Origin: Pelagibacteraceae bacterium AG-410-D23
Lineage (GTDB): Bacteria > Pseudomonadota > Alphaproteobacteria > Pelagibacterales > Pelagibacteraceae
Assembly (NCBI GenBank): GCA_003215185.1
Contig: QCKR01000001.1
Span: forward strand, 21,020 to 85,019
Reading direction: 5' to 3'
DNA length: 64,000 bases
Shown here one piece after another: positions 1 through 9,731 of this stretch. The translations under genes and the position numbers were made by a program. Under the pieces are notes generated by a model. The model was not told the origin of the DNA and did not search any database. It saw only the letters and a list, made by a program, of their open reading frames with translations. Position 1 is the first letter of the stretch, and each line of letters opens with the position of its first letter.

Positions 1-1032
1 GTAAGGTTTATATTATTTTTTTCAGCATTTAACTATTTTTTTCAAAACTATCAAAAATTTAATAAAATTTTATTAATTTGGTTTGTGTTTATTTTTTTTG
101 TAGTTTTAGACGTTTATCTAGAAAGCATCACTGGAAAAAATATATTAGGATATGGAGGAGATCATCACAGAATAGAAAGTTTTTTTAAAAATGAACAGAA
201 AGTTGGAGGTTATATTTTTTGCTTTTATTTATTAATAATAGGTTTTTTATTAAATACTTATAATAATAAATCGAGAAAAAATAATTATCTTTTCTTAATT
301 ATATCTATTTTTATATTAGTTTCGATTATAGCTACAGGTGAAAGATCTAATGCATTAAAAGCAATTCTGGCATTTTTATTGTTTTTTTTATTATGTAAAA
401 ATTTTATATTTAAAGAGAAAATCATTTTAATAGTTGGTGCAACTTTTATATTTGGCTTAATTTATTCAAATTCAGAATTTATCAAATTAAGATTTGGCAA
501 GCAGTTATTTTGGAAAATTGAATCGGTAAATAATTATATTAAATTATTTAAAGATTCAAATTTTGACACAGATTCTTTACCAAATGACAATTTTCATAGA
601 TCAATAGGTTTTAAATATTTTCAATTATATTCTTCAGCATATAATGTTTTTAAAAAATATCCATATTTTGGTGTAGGAAATAAGAATTACCGAATTATAA
701 CGTGTCCAGAAAAAGTAGAAGATTGGAATCCAGATTATGTGTGTAACAGTCATCCTCACCAAATATACTTTGAATTTTTATCAGAACATGGAATTGTTGG
801 TACAACAATATTACTTGTAATATTTTTTATATTAATTTTTAAAATCTTAAGAAAAATTAGTGTTAGAAATAATAATATACAGCTAGGTTCAATAATTTAT
901 TTATCAATATTTTTTATTCCAATTTTGCCTAGTGGCTCATTTTTCAATGATTATTATTCTACTCTATTTTGGATTAATTTATCATTACTATACGCATCTA
1001 ATGTGAAAACAAATATTTTTAAAAAAAATTAA
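1..1032 (+). CDS. O-antigen ligase/Wzy-family membrane protein (5' end truncated by window)
   Basis: Frame is open from base 1; multi-TM; TGERS, FGVG and SHPHQIYFEFLSEHGIVG motifs typical of WaaL/Wzy_C. Confidence 0.8.
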   Translation, partial: VRFILFFSAFNYFFQNYQKFNKILLIWFVFIFFVVLDVYLESITGKNILGYGGDHHRIESFFKNEQKVGGYIFCFYLLIIGFLLNTYNNKSRKNNYLFLIISIFILVSIIATGERSNALKAILAFLLFFLLCKNFIFKEKIILIVGATFIFGLIYSNSEFIKLRFGKQLFWKIESVNNYIKLFKDSNFDTDSLPNDNFHRSIGFKYFQLYSSAYNVFKKYPYFGVGNKNYRIITCPEKVEDWNPDYVCNSHPHQIYFEFLSEHGIVGTTILLVIFFILIFKILRKISVRNNNIQLGSIIYLSIFFIPILPSGSFFNDYYSTLFWINLSLLYASNVKTNIFKKN

Positions 1033-1661
1033 TTTTCGTAATAAATTTTTATTCCTTTTTTTTTACTTGAAATATGTTTTTTGACTAATTGTTTTTTTGT
1101 AAAAATTTTGTTTTTACCACCATAAATATTTACAAGTATTAAAAAATATTCTTTTTGTTTTTTTATTTTTTTTATTTTTTTTACTACTTTTTTTAAGTCT
1201 ACTGCACGTTTTAATGGATCGCTAAAAATAAAGCATTGAATATTATAGATTTCTTTATTTATTTTTAAAATATCTTTATTTTTTAAAATTACATTTTTTT
1301 TTTTAATTTCGACAGATTTTTTATAAATTTCTTTATCAAATTCGTATCCATAAATTTTTGAATTTGTATGATGGCTTAAAAAATTAGTTAATCTTCCATA
1401 CCCTGAACCCAAATCTAAAACTGATGTAATTTTGTTCTTATTAATAAAATTGGCTATAATTAGTGCGTAATATAGTGGACATGGAATAGTACTGGTTGAA
1501 GCTTTATTATTTTTTTGATTACCAGAAATTGCTGAATAAATAATTTTACTATTTGTACTAAAGTGTCTAATCAAAAAGTATAGTTCAAAAAAAATTATTT
1601 TGAATAAGTCTTTTTTATAAGTAGTAATAATAGAAAAAAAAATTTTAAAAGTGTTTAACAT
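1029..1661 (-). CDS. Class I SAM-dependent methyltransferase
   Basis: Motif I VLDLGSGYGRL followed by acidic GYEFD. Confidence 0.75.
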   Translation of the reverse strand: MLNTFKIFFSIITTYKKDLFKIIFFELYFLIRHFSTNSKIIYSAISGNQKNNKASTSTIPCPLYYALIIANFINKNKITSVLDLGSGYGRLTNFLSHHTNSKIYGYEFDKEIYKKSVEIKKKNVILKNKDILKINKEIYNIQCFIFSDPLKRAVDLKKVVKKIKKIKKQKEYFLILVNIYGGKNKIFTKKQLVKKHISSKKKGIKIYYEN

Positions 1662-1842
1662 TTTATACTATTTAATCATTATATTAGTTTAAGTTATATA
1701 ATAATAAGAATAATTTTTTACAACTATCTCGAAATCTTGACAGTTATAGGTCATAGTGAGAAAGTGTATGCAAAGCTAAAATTATTAAAATAATTAGTGG
1801 AATATAACTATTAATTGTTATAGAAAGTTGTGGATCTCTAAA

Positions 1843-1919
1843 GGGCCTGTAGCTCAGTTGGTTAGAGCAGTACACTCATAATGTATTGGTCCCAGGTTCG
1901 AGTCCTGGCGGGCCCACCA
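1843..1919 (+). tRNA. tRNA with CAU anticodon, most likely tRNA-Ile2 (lysidine)
   Basis: Cloverleaf: GGGCCTG/CGGGCCC acceptor stem, D arm AGCTCAGTTGGTTAGAGC, anticodon loop CTCATAA, T loop TTCGAGT, encoded CCA. The paired G1-C72 excludes the initiator; the acceptor stem resembles Ile tRNAs. Confidence 0.9.
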
Positions 1920-1923
1920 ATTA

Positions 1924-2529
1924 TTATTTACTTATAAAATTTCTTAAACTTTCAAAAAGTTTATTGATATCGCCATCATTGCTTTGAATAATAGAATTAA
2001 ATTCTTCTTTTTGAGTTCTCGCTAAACTTAAACCTTCAATGATTAAATCTCTAATTAAAAGTTTTTCTGGATTTTTTTTATAAACTCTCCAATCAATTTT
2101 AACTTCAGGTCGTTTTTCTGTTGCAATTAAAATGCTAGAAACAATGGTATATTTTTCGTTAAGTTTTTTGTGTGACACAACTTTAACTTTAGGGTCTGTG
2201 TATTCGGCCAATCTATCTGAAAAAGTCTTTAAAAAATACTCTTCAAATAAATTTATATATTCTTTTTTTTGGCTATCAGTTATGTTTTTTCTATGTGATC
2301 CAAGTGTATACAAACCTATACCTCTTATATCGACAGTTTTTTTGGCAATTATTTTAAGTTTTTCTATTTTTTCTTCTTTTGTAAAATTACCACTTAGAGC
2401 TTTTGAAGCTTCATTTACAGTATTTTGAACAAATTCATTAGGCTCTATAGAAAAAGAGTTATTAGTAAATGACAATGATAAAAAAAAAATTAAGAAAAAA
2501 TTTATTAAATATTTTCTTAATAAAAACAT
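1924..2529 (-). CDS. mlaC: Phospholipid ABC transporter periplasmic protein MlaC/Ttg2D
   Basis: Signal peptide; IRDLIIEGLSLARTQKEEF C-terminal motif; adjacent to mlaA. Confidence 0.85.
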   Translation of the reverse strand: MFLLRKYLINFFLIFFLSLSFTNNSFSIEPNEFVQNTVNEASKALSGNFTKEEKIEKLKIIAKKTVDIRGIGLYTLGSHRKNITDSQKKEYINLFEEYFLKTFSDRLAEYTDPKVKVVSHKKLNEKYTIVSSILIATEKRPEVKIDWRVYKKNPEKLLIRDLIIEGLSLARTQKEEFNSIIQSNDGDINKLFESLRNFISK

Positions 2530-2542
2530 ATTTAAAGATTTT

Positions 2543-3331
2543 TTACTGAGTTTCTATTTCTTCCCAGTCACTATCATCCATAGTATCGATAATAGTATTC
2601 GAATTTGCTATTTTTTGACGTCTATCTTGTAGATATAAACTTTTAACTGAAGCATAAAAATCCATTGAGTTTTTTTCTATGTTATCTATAGACTCCATAT
2701 TTTTTGCCCTGAAATCTACCCCCGAAGTTCCTCTTGATGCATAATAGTCAAAGTCTGAAACATAGTGAGTATCATTTCTAACAGTGACGTTATACCATGC
2801 ATCACCACCGATGAAGGTAGCTAAAGAACCAAGAGTGTCCCTTGCAGTTGATGGACCTAAAACTGGTAATACCAGATAACATCCTTCACTCATGCCCCAA
2901 GTTGCTAAAGTTTGTCCGTAATCTTCTTTTTCATAATCATTTAATCCAATTTTTGTTGCTGGATCAAATAATCCTAAAATTCCAACTGTTGAGTTAACAG
3001 CAAATCTTGCAGTATTTTTTCCTGCAAGCCTAATATCTCCCTGCAAAATATTGTTAGGAACAGTAACTAGTAATGAAAGGTTACTTAAAAAATTACTTGT
3101 ACCTGCTCTTATTGGTGAAGGTAGATATCTATAGCCTTTTGCTAGAGGCTCAACTAAAACATTATCAAGTCCTTTGTTAAAAGCAAAAAACGCTCTGTTA
3201 ACACCTTCAAAACAATCTTTAACTTCTCCATTTTTGTTTTGAGATAAAGTGTTTTCGCCATCAGAACCTGCAGTTGCATTGCTTAAAGCAAGTACGAAAA
3301 AAACAGTTATTAGCAATGTAATCTTCTTCAT
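2543..3331 (-). CDS. mlaA: VacJ/MlaA family protein
   Basis: FEGVNR..FN, RFAVNSTVGILGLFD, EDYGQTL, YLVLPVLGPSTARD motifs. Confidence 0.9.
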   Translation of the reverse strand: MKKITLLITVFFVLALSNATAGSDGENTLSQNKNGEVKDCFEGVNRAFFAFNKGLDNVLVEPLAKGYRYLPSPIRAGTSNFLSNLSLLVTVPNNILQGDIRLAGKNTARFAVNSTVGILGLFDPATKIGLNDYEKEDYGQTLATWGMSEGCYLVLPVLGPSTARDTLGSLATFIGGDAWYNVTVRNDTHYVSDFDYYASRGTSGVDFRAKNMESIDNIEKNSMDFYASVKSLYLQDRRQKIANSNTIIDTMDDSDWEEIETQ

Positions 3332-3398
3332 TTTTTTACGATTATATATAATATTATAATCTACTGTACATTACTTATTTTGTGAAGAAAGCGAAATT

Positions 3399-4130
3399 AT
3401 GACAATAAAAACAACGATAAATTACTCACCAAATTTTGATCTCAAAAAAAGAAAAAAAAAGCAAGTTAAATATATAGTTTTACACTACACGGGAATGAAA
3501 AGTGAAAATATGGCAATTAGTAGACTAACTAAAATACAATCTGAGGTTAGTGCTCATTATTTTATAAGTAGAAATGGTAAAATTATTCTTATGGTACCAG
3601 AATCATATATAGCTTGGCATGCAGGCAAATCTAGTTGGAATGAAAAAAAATCATTGAATCAAAATTCAATAGGCATAGAAATATCAAACAAAGGACATCA
3701 ATTTGGGTATCAAAATTTTACCAAGTCTCAAATTAAAAGCTTGATCATGCTTTTAAAGTATTTAAAAAAAAAATTTTACATTAAAAAGAAAAACATTTTA
3801 GGGCATTCTGATATTGCATTTGATAGAAAAAAAGACCCAGGAGAAAAGTTTCCATGGAAATTATTGGCAAAAAATAAAGTTAGTATTTGGCATGATATAC
3901 AAAAAAACAGGTTAATTAAGTTAAGAAAACTACCAATAAATAAATTAGAAAAAATAAAATTTTTTAATAATCTTAAAAAGATTGGGTATTTAACTAAAAA
4001 ATTAAATTTAAAAAAGAAAATTCAATTAATTAAAGCATTTCAAAGAAGGTTTAGACCTGAAATAATTAACGGCAAAATAGATAAAGAAAATTTAGTTATT
4101 GCTCAAAAAATTAGCAATTTTATTAATTAA
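3399..4130 (+). CDS. N-acetylmuramoyl-L-alanine amidase (Amidase_2, AmpD/AmiD-like)
   Basis: IVLHYT, VSAHY, AWHAG.S.W, SIGIE, GHSDIA..RKKDPG; C-terminal AFQRRFRP. Confidence 0.9.
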   Translation: MTIKTTINYSPNFDLKKRKKKQVKYIVLHYTGMKSENMAISRLTKIQSEVSAHYFISRNGKIILMVPESYIAWHAGKSSWNEKKSLNQNSIGIEISNKGHQFGYQNFTKSQIKSLIMLLKYLKKKFYIKKKNILGHSDIAFDRKKDPGEKFPWKLLAKNKVSIWHDIQKNRLIKLRKLPINKLEKIKFFNNLKKIGYLTKKLNLKKKIQLIKAFQRRFRPEIINGKIDKENLVIAQKISNFIN

Positions 4131-4138
4131 TTTACTAC

Positions 4139-4166
4139 TTGATAAATCAAAAAATAGTATTAGTTT
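4139..4166 (+). promoter_or_regulatory. Putative sigma70 promoter of rnpB
   Basis: TTGATA-N16-TAGTTT ending 4 nt before the P1 helix. Confidence 0.45.
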
Positions 4167-4170
4167 GAAC

Positions 4171-4537
4171 TTGCCAGATAAAAGACTTGTCGCTTTGTTA
4201 TGATATAATAAAGAGGAAAGTCCGGGCTCTACAAAGACACGGTGCCAGGTAATGCCTGGCGGGGGTGACCCTAGGGATAGTGCCACAGAAAATATACCGC
4301 CTTATCAAGGCAAGGGTGAAAAGGTGTGGTAAGAGCACACCGGCTCTATTGGTAACAATGAGCGCATGGAAAACCCCACCGAGAGCAAAACTAAGTAGAG
4401 ATGACATTGTTTGTTTTTAAACTAAAAGCAGTCTTTGGCTAGTCATCAGGGTTAGTTGCTTGAGCTTAGGAGCGATCTTAAGCCTAGATAAATGATAAGT
4501 TTAAAAGACAGAACCCGGCTTACATTTTATCTGGCAA
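4171..4537 (+). ncRNA. rnpB: RNase P RNA (type A)
   Basis: Universal GAGGAAAGTCCGGGCT and ACAGAACCCGGCTTA motifs; terminal helix TTGCCAGATAAAA/TTTTATCTGGCAA; AGTGCCACAGAAAA and GGGTGAAAAGGTG conserved. Confidence 0.97.
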
Positions 4538-4707
4538 ACTTATTCACAGAAGCAATTTTATAATTTTTAATGTTCTTGTTTTGATTCATAGCTGAATCAT
4601 TTCTGTTCTCTTTTTTCTTTTAAGGGTTGGTCTGTTAAGAAATTTAATAGATTTTATAATGTTTAATTTGTGACGAATATTGCCTTTAAATCACTGAAAA
4701 TTAGAGA

Positions 4708-4759
4708 TTGACGTATAGGTTGAAAACCCATAATATCCCATATATTCCCAAATATGGGA
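4708..4759 (+). promoter_or_regulatory. dcw promoter with putative MraZ-binding repeats
   Basis: TTGACG-N17-TAATAT overlapped by CCCA at 4727, 4737 and 4747 (10-bp period; TGGG on the minus strand), plus an inverted TGGGA at 4755. Confidence 0.7.
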
Positions 4760-4780
4760 TCGTATAGGAATTTATGAATT

Positions 4781-5233
4781 ATGTTTTTATCGACTTACGA
4801 AAACAAATTGGACAAAAAAGGAAGGGTGTCGGTGCCTGCTAGTTTTAGATCACACCTTTCAAATCTAGGCTACAATGGTGTAGTTTGTTATCCTTCATTT
4901 AATAATCAATCAATAGAAGCTTGGCCACAGGATAGAATAGAAAAAATTTCAAATGCAATCGATGCTTTAAATCCTTTCGAGGAAAAAAAGGATTATTTTG
5001 CAACATCAATATTGTCTGAAAGTATTAATTTACAGTTCGATAGCGAAGGAAGAATTTCTTTAACAACAAAATTATTAAAACATGCAAAAATTAGAAATAG
5101 CATGTTATTTGTTGGTCAGGGTAAAACTTTTCAGATCTGGGAACCAACATTATTTGAAAAATTTAGGTTACAATCTAGAAAAAAATCTAACATTCATAGA
5201 TCTAGCCTTAAATGGGAGCATCAACTTAAATAA
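4781..5233 (+). CDS. mraZ: Transcriptional regulator MraZ
   Basis: Two DxxGR motifs ([18 protein letters not shown]) and FQIW. Confidence 0.95.
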   Translation: MFLSTYENKLDKKGRVSVPASFRSHLSNLGYNGVVCYPSFNNQSIEAWPQDRIEKISNAIDALNPFEEKKDYFATSILSESINLQFDSEGRISLTTKLLKHAKIRNSMLFVGQGKTFQIWEPTLFEKFRLQSRKKSNIHRSSLKWEHQLK

Positions 5234-5250
5234 ACAAAGATGGAGGGAAA

Positions 5251-6708
5251 ATGACAATTAACTTTAAAGCACCAGAAATAAAAGAATTAAAGCCTAGAAT
5301 ATTAGTTCTTGGAGTTGGAGGAGCGGGAGGAAATGCAATTAACGAAATGATTAACGCTGGCTTACAAGGAGTAGAATTTATAGCGGTAAATACAGATGCT
5401 CAAGATTTAAAATTAAGTAAAGCAACTACAAAAATTCAAATTGGCATGAACTTAACAAAAGGCTTGGGAGCAGGTGCGAAAATAGATATAGGTCAAGCCG
5501 CAGCAGATGAGTCATTAAATGAAATTGTAAATTGTTTGCAAGGAGCTAATATGGTTTTTATTGCAGCTGGAATGGGCGGAGGAACTGGAACAGGTTCTGC
5601 ACATGTGATAGCTAGAGCAGCAAAAGAGTTAAACATTTTAACAGTTGGCGTTGTTACTTTACCTTTTTTGTATGAAGGTCCTTCAAGAAGTAGAAGAGCT
5701 CAACAAGGTCTAGAAGAACTTAGAAAGCATGTAGACACAATAATAGTAATACCTAATCAAAATTTATTTAAAATAGCAAATGAACAAACGACATTTGAAG
5801 AGTCTTTTGAGTTATCAAATAATGTTTTGATGCATGGTGTACAAAGCATTACCGATTTAATGGTTAGACCAGGTTTAATCAATCTAGATTTTGCTGATGT
5901 TGAAACTGTAATGAGTTCAATGGGCAAAGCTATGATGGGAACAGGTGAAGCAGAAGGAGAAGATAGAGCTATTAAGGCAGCAGAGACAGCACTAAGCAAT
6001 CCTTTAATTGATGACTATACTCTTAAAGGCGCAAAAGGTTTGCTTGTTAATATTACTGGAGGCAAAGATCTAAAATTATTTGAAGTTGATGAAGCAGTAA
6101 ATAAAGTTAGAGCAGAAGTTGATCAAGAAGCTGAGTTGATTATAGGAGCTATCACAGATCCGTCACTTGATGGAAGAATGAGAGTTTCAATTGTAGCAAC
6201 AGCATTAGATGGTCAACAACCTGAATCCAAATCAGTCATTAACATGGTTCATAGGATTCAAAATAGAAATCCAGGATATTCTGATTTTTCACAAATTAGT
6301 ACATCTTCGCCAGCTTTCAATTTTAAGGGCGCAATGGCAAATAATGCAGTAGATGGAGCAAATGCATTGAAGTTTGATCAAGATGTAATTAGCGAAACAA
6401 CTTCAGAAAGTATTTCTTCAAATGTAACGGAAGAAATGCCAACTCAAACTCAAGAAGTGGTATTAGAAAATATTGAAGAAAATTCTGATACTTTAGTTCT
6501 TGAGAATGAACATCAAAAAGAAGAAAAAGATTCTAATGGATTGGAAAATTTTGAATTAGAAGATGATACTCCTGAACTTTTTAATTCAAATAATGATTTA
6601 GAAACTGAAAGCAATGATCAAGGATTTTCCTCATTCACAGATGAAGAAAAGAAAAATGAAGAAGATGATTTAGAAATTCCAGCATTTTTAAGAAGACAAA
6701 AAAACTAA
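5251..6708 (+). CDS. ftsZ: Cell division protein FtsZ
   Basis: [24 protein letters not shown]; acidic linker; C-terminal [10 protein letters not shown]; SD GGAGG. Confidence 0.99.
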   Translation: MTINFKAPEIKELKPRILVLGVGGAGGNAINEMINAGLQGVEFIAVNTDAQDLKLSKATTKIQIGMNLTKGLGAGAKIDIGQAAADESLNEIVNCLQGANMVFIAAGMGGGTGTGSAHVIARAAKELNILTVGVVTLPFLYEGPSRSRRAQQGLEELRKHVDTIIVIPNQNLFKIANEQTTFEESFELSNNVLMHGVQSITDLMVRPGLINLDFADVETVMSSMGKAMMGTGEAEGEDRAIKAAETALSNPLIDDYTLKGAKGLLVNITGGKDLKLFEVDEAVNKVRAEVDQEAELIIGAITDPSLDGRMRVSIVATALDGQQPESKSVINMVHRIQNRNPGYSDFSQISTSSPAFNFKGAMANNAVDGANALKFDQDVISETTSESISSNVTEEMPTQTQEVVLENIEENSDTLVLENEHQKEEKDSNGLENFELEDDTPELFNSNNDLETESNDQGFSSFTDEEKKNEEDDLEIPAFLRRQKN

Positions 6709-6726
6709 TGGTCTTCGTAAAAATAA

Positions 6727-7737
6727 ATGATTGCCACCATATTACCGGACAAAAAGAAACATTATCCGGTATTGCTTAAAGAGTTAATTAGCATTATTTC
6801 CCCTCAGTATGGTGGCACATTTATAGATTGTACTTTCGGCCAAGGAGGCTATACAAAAAAAATATTAGAATACCCAAAATCTAAGATTATAGCATTAGAT
6901 AGGGATAAAGAGTCAAAAAAAGTTTCATTAAAAATTAAAGAAAAATTTAAAAATAGATTCGTTTTTGAAAACAAAAAATTTAGTCAGTTAAATGAAATAA
7001 ATTTAAAAAAAGAAAATATAAAAAGTATCATTTTTGATCTTGGGTGTTCTTATACACAAATTAAAGATCCGCAGAAAGGGCTTTCTTTTGAAAGTTCTGG
7101 AGATCTTAATATGCAAATGGGACTAAATGATTTTTCAGCCGAAGAAGTAATCCATAAACTTGAACAAAAAGATCTAGAAAAAATATTTAAATTTTTTGGA
7201 GATGAAAGAGACAGCAAAAGAATAGCTTATAAAATTGTAAATAAAAGGAAAAATAAAAAAATAAATACTGAAGAATTAGTTAAAATAATTGAAAGTTCAA
7301 AAATAAGAAAAAATTTTAGAATACATAGTGCTACTAAAGTTTTTCAAGCTCTAAGAATTTTTGTAAATAAAGAAATCAGTGAATTGATTTATGGTTTAAT
7401 AAATGCATCAAAAATACTGAAGCCAGGTGGCATTATTGTGGTAGTAACATTTCACTCACTAGAGGATAAAATTGTAAAATTTTTTTTTAAAAGTTTGTCA
7501 GAAAAACAAAGTAGCTCAAGATATGTTCCTTATTTAGATAAGAAAGAAAATTTATTAGTATTAAAAAATAAAAAACCTATAACTCCATCAGAAAATGAAA
7601 TTAAAAAGAATCCTCCATCAAGGTCTGCTAAATTAAGATTTGCAATTAAAAAACAAAATGTACCTAATTTTGAAGAAGATATATTAAAAAAATTTAATTT
7701 TCTTTTAGAAATTGAAAATTTATCTGAGAAAATATGA
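6727..7737 (+). CDS. rsmH: 16S rRNA m4C1402 methyltransferase RsmH (MraW)
   Basis: [39 protein letters not shown]. Confidence 0.96.
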   Translation: MIATILPDKKKHYPVLLKELISIISPQYGGTFIDCTFGQGGYTKKILEYPKSKIIALDRDKESKKVSLKIKEKFKNRFVFENKKFSQLNEINLKKENIKSIIFDLGCSYTQIKDPQKGLSFESSGDLNMQMGLNDFSAEEVIHKLEQKDLEKIFKFFGDERDSKRIAYKIVNKRKNKKINTEELVKIIESSKIRKNFRIHSATKVFQALRIFVNKEISELIYGLINASKILKPGGIIVVVTFHSLEDKIVKFFFKSLSEKQSSSRYVPYLDKKENLLVLKNKKPITPSENEIKKNPPSRSAKLRFAIKKQNVPNFEEDILKKFNFLLEIENLSEKI

Positions 7738-8045
7738 GAAAGTTAGTTCTTCTAATATCAATTTTATTTTTAGTGATTTTTACAACTATAACAAAAAATT
7801 CAACTAAAAAAATTGAAAAAGAAATTTATAATTCTAAAGAAAATTTAAGATTCTTAAAAGATAAGTATAAAATGACTTTATTAGATTTTAATTATTTAAG
7901 TTCACCTCAAAATTTATTGGAATATGAATCAAAATATTTTGAAAAAGAATTCAATGAAATTGACATAACTAATTTAAAAAAAATTATTATTATCGAAAAT
8001 AATATTAAAATCGAGGAGTTTGTGAAAGTAAAAATTAATGAGTAA
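7734..8045 (+). CDS. ftsL: Probable cell division protein FtsL
   Basis: Small N-terminal TM plus coiled coil, YLSSP motif, position between rsmH and ftsI. Confidence 0.65.
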   Translation: MRKLVLLISILFLVIFTTITKNSTKKIEKEIYNSKENLRFLKDKYKMTLLDFNYLSSPQNLLEYESKYFEKEFNEIDITNLKKIIIIENNIKIEEFVKVKINE

Positions 8046-9726
8046 AATTGATAAAGAAAAATTAATATTAGAAAATTATGAAAATGAATTTTCATACCAA
8101 GTTGATAAATCCAATTTAAATATATCATTTAATAGAATAGCTTTTATTTTTTTTATTTTATTAATTATCTGTTCAATTTATTCAATAAAATTTTTTTACT
8201 TAGGTTCGTTAAATTCAAAAATTAAACAAGTTAAAATTACAGAAATCAAAAAAAATTTTAGAGCAGATATTATAGATAACAATGGAAATTTTGTAGCTAA
8301 AACTATTAACACTTTAACAGTAGGAATAAATCCTAGTTCAATAATAGATGAAAAAAAACTTTTAATTAATTTACAACTAATCTTTCCTGATAAAGATTTT
8401 ACCAATGTAAAAAAGAAAATTAAAAAAAATAAATATTTTCGTTTAGAGAAAAAGCTTAGCCAAAATCAAATCGAAAGACTCCGTCTTCTAGGTGATAAAT
8501 CAATTAGATTTGAGGAAAAAATAACAAGAATATATCCACAACAAAATTTATTTAGTCATATTATTGGACAGATAGATGATGAAAATAGCGGAGTATCAGG
8601 TATTGAAAAATTTTTTGATTTTGAATTAAAAAAAAGAAATAAGCCATTAAAATTAACTGTTGATGCAGATATTCAATTTTTAATTAGGGAAGAACTTATT
8701 AAATCAAAAGAAATTTTTAAAAATATTGGAAGTGCATCAATTTTAATGGATGTTAATAATGGAAATATTTTATCAATGGTTTCATTACCAGATTTTGATC
8801 TTAATAAACGAGAAGAATTAAAAGAAGTAAAATATATAAACAGAGCAACAAAAGGTGTTTATGAACTTGGTTCTACCTTCAAAACTTTTACTTTAGCTGC
8901 TGCATTGGATGAAGAAATAATTGAAACAGAAACTAAATTTAATGATTTGGAAAAAAAACTTTATTGTGCAGGAAATCCAATTGCAGAATATGATAAAAAA
9001 ATGCCTTCAGACTTAACTGCTGAAGAAATATTAATAAGATCTTCAAATATAGGAACAATTAGAATAGTTCAAAAATTAGGAATTGAAAAATATAAATCAT
9101 TTTTAAAAAAAATTGGAATTTTAGATAAAATAAAATTTGATATAGAAGAGGTTGGAAAACCAATTAATTTTAAATGGGGAAAATGTAAACTTGCGACATC
9201 TTCATTTGGGCACGGTATAACAACAACTCCACTACAATTGGCCAAAGCATATTCAATAATAACTAATGGTGGTTATGATATAAAGCCAACATTAATTAAA
9301 AAAGATTTTAATACAATTGGTGAAAAAAAAAAAATACTAAAATCAAAAGTTAGTAAAGAAATAAATCCCATTTTACGAAAAGTAGTCTCGACTAAAGAAG
9401 GAACAGCTGAATTTGCAAATGTGCCTGGTTTTGAGGTTGGAGGAAAAACTGGTACTGCATATATAAGCAAAAATGGAGTTTATACAAAAGATAAAATTAA
9501 TACTTTTGTTTCAATTTTTCCGACATCTAGTCCGAAATTTGTTCTATTAGTTTTACTAGACGAGCCTAAAGCGTCAAAAGAATATATCTATTACTATAGA
9601 GATGGTAGACAACCTTACAAAGGTAATAATAGAAATACAGCAGGTTGGACCACAGTAGAAATTGCAGGTAAAATCATAGAGAAAATTGGGCCAATTTTAG
9701 CCACAAAATATATAGAAGTTAATTAA
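8038..9726 (+). CDS. ftsI: Penicillin-binding protein 3 (FtsI)
   Basis: RADIID, YELGSTFK (SxxK), SSN, KTGT. Confidence 0.93.
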   Translation: MSKIDKEKLILENYENEFSYQVDKSNLNISFNRIAFIFFILLIICSIYSIKFFYLGSLNSKIKQVKITEIKKNFRADIIDNNGNFVAKTINTLTVGINPSSIIDEKKLLINLQLIFPDKDFTNVKKKIKKNKYFRLEKKLSQNQIERLRLLGDKSIRFEEKITRIYPQQNLFSHIIGQIDDENSGVSGIEKFFDFELKKRNKPLKLTVDADIQFLIREELIKSKEIFKNIGSASILMDVNNGNILSMVSLPDFDLNKREELKEVKYINRATKGVYELGSTFKTFTLAAALDEEIIETETKFNDLEKKLYCAGNPIAEYDKKMPSDLTAEEILIRSSNIGTIRIVQKLGIEKYKSFLKKIGILDKIKFDIEEVGKPINFKWGKCKLATSSFGHGITTTPLQLAKAYSIITNGGYDIKPTLIKKDFNTIGEKKKILKSKVSKEINPILRKVVSTKEGTAEFANVPGFEVGGKTGTAYISKNGVYTKDKINTFVSIFPTSSPKFVLLVLLDEPKASKEYIYYYRDGRQPYKGNNRNTAGWTTVEIAGKIIEKIGPILATKYIEVN

Positions 9727-9731
9727 CACTA

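Noticed and set aside
1843-1919. Calling the CAU tRNA initiator or elongator Met
   Set aside because: G1-C72 is paired and there is no GGG/CCC anticodon stem, so it is not the initiator. The acceptor stem fits Ile2 better, though elongator Met is not fully excluded without a covariance model.
4092-4407. Two short minus-strand ORFs (64 and 69 aa)
   Set aside because: Antisense to RNase P RNA; artefacts of its higher GC content.
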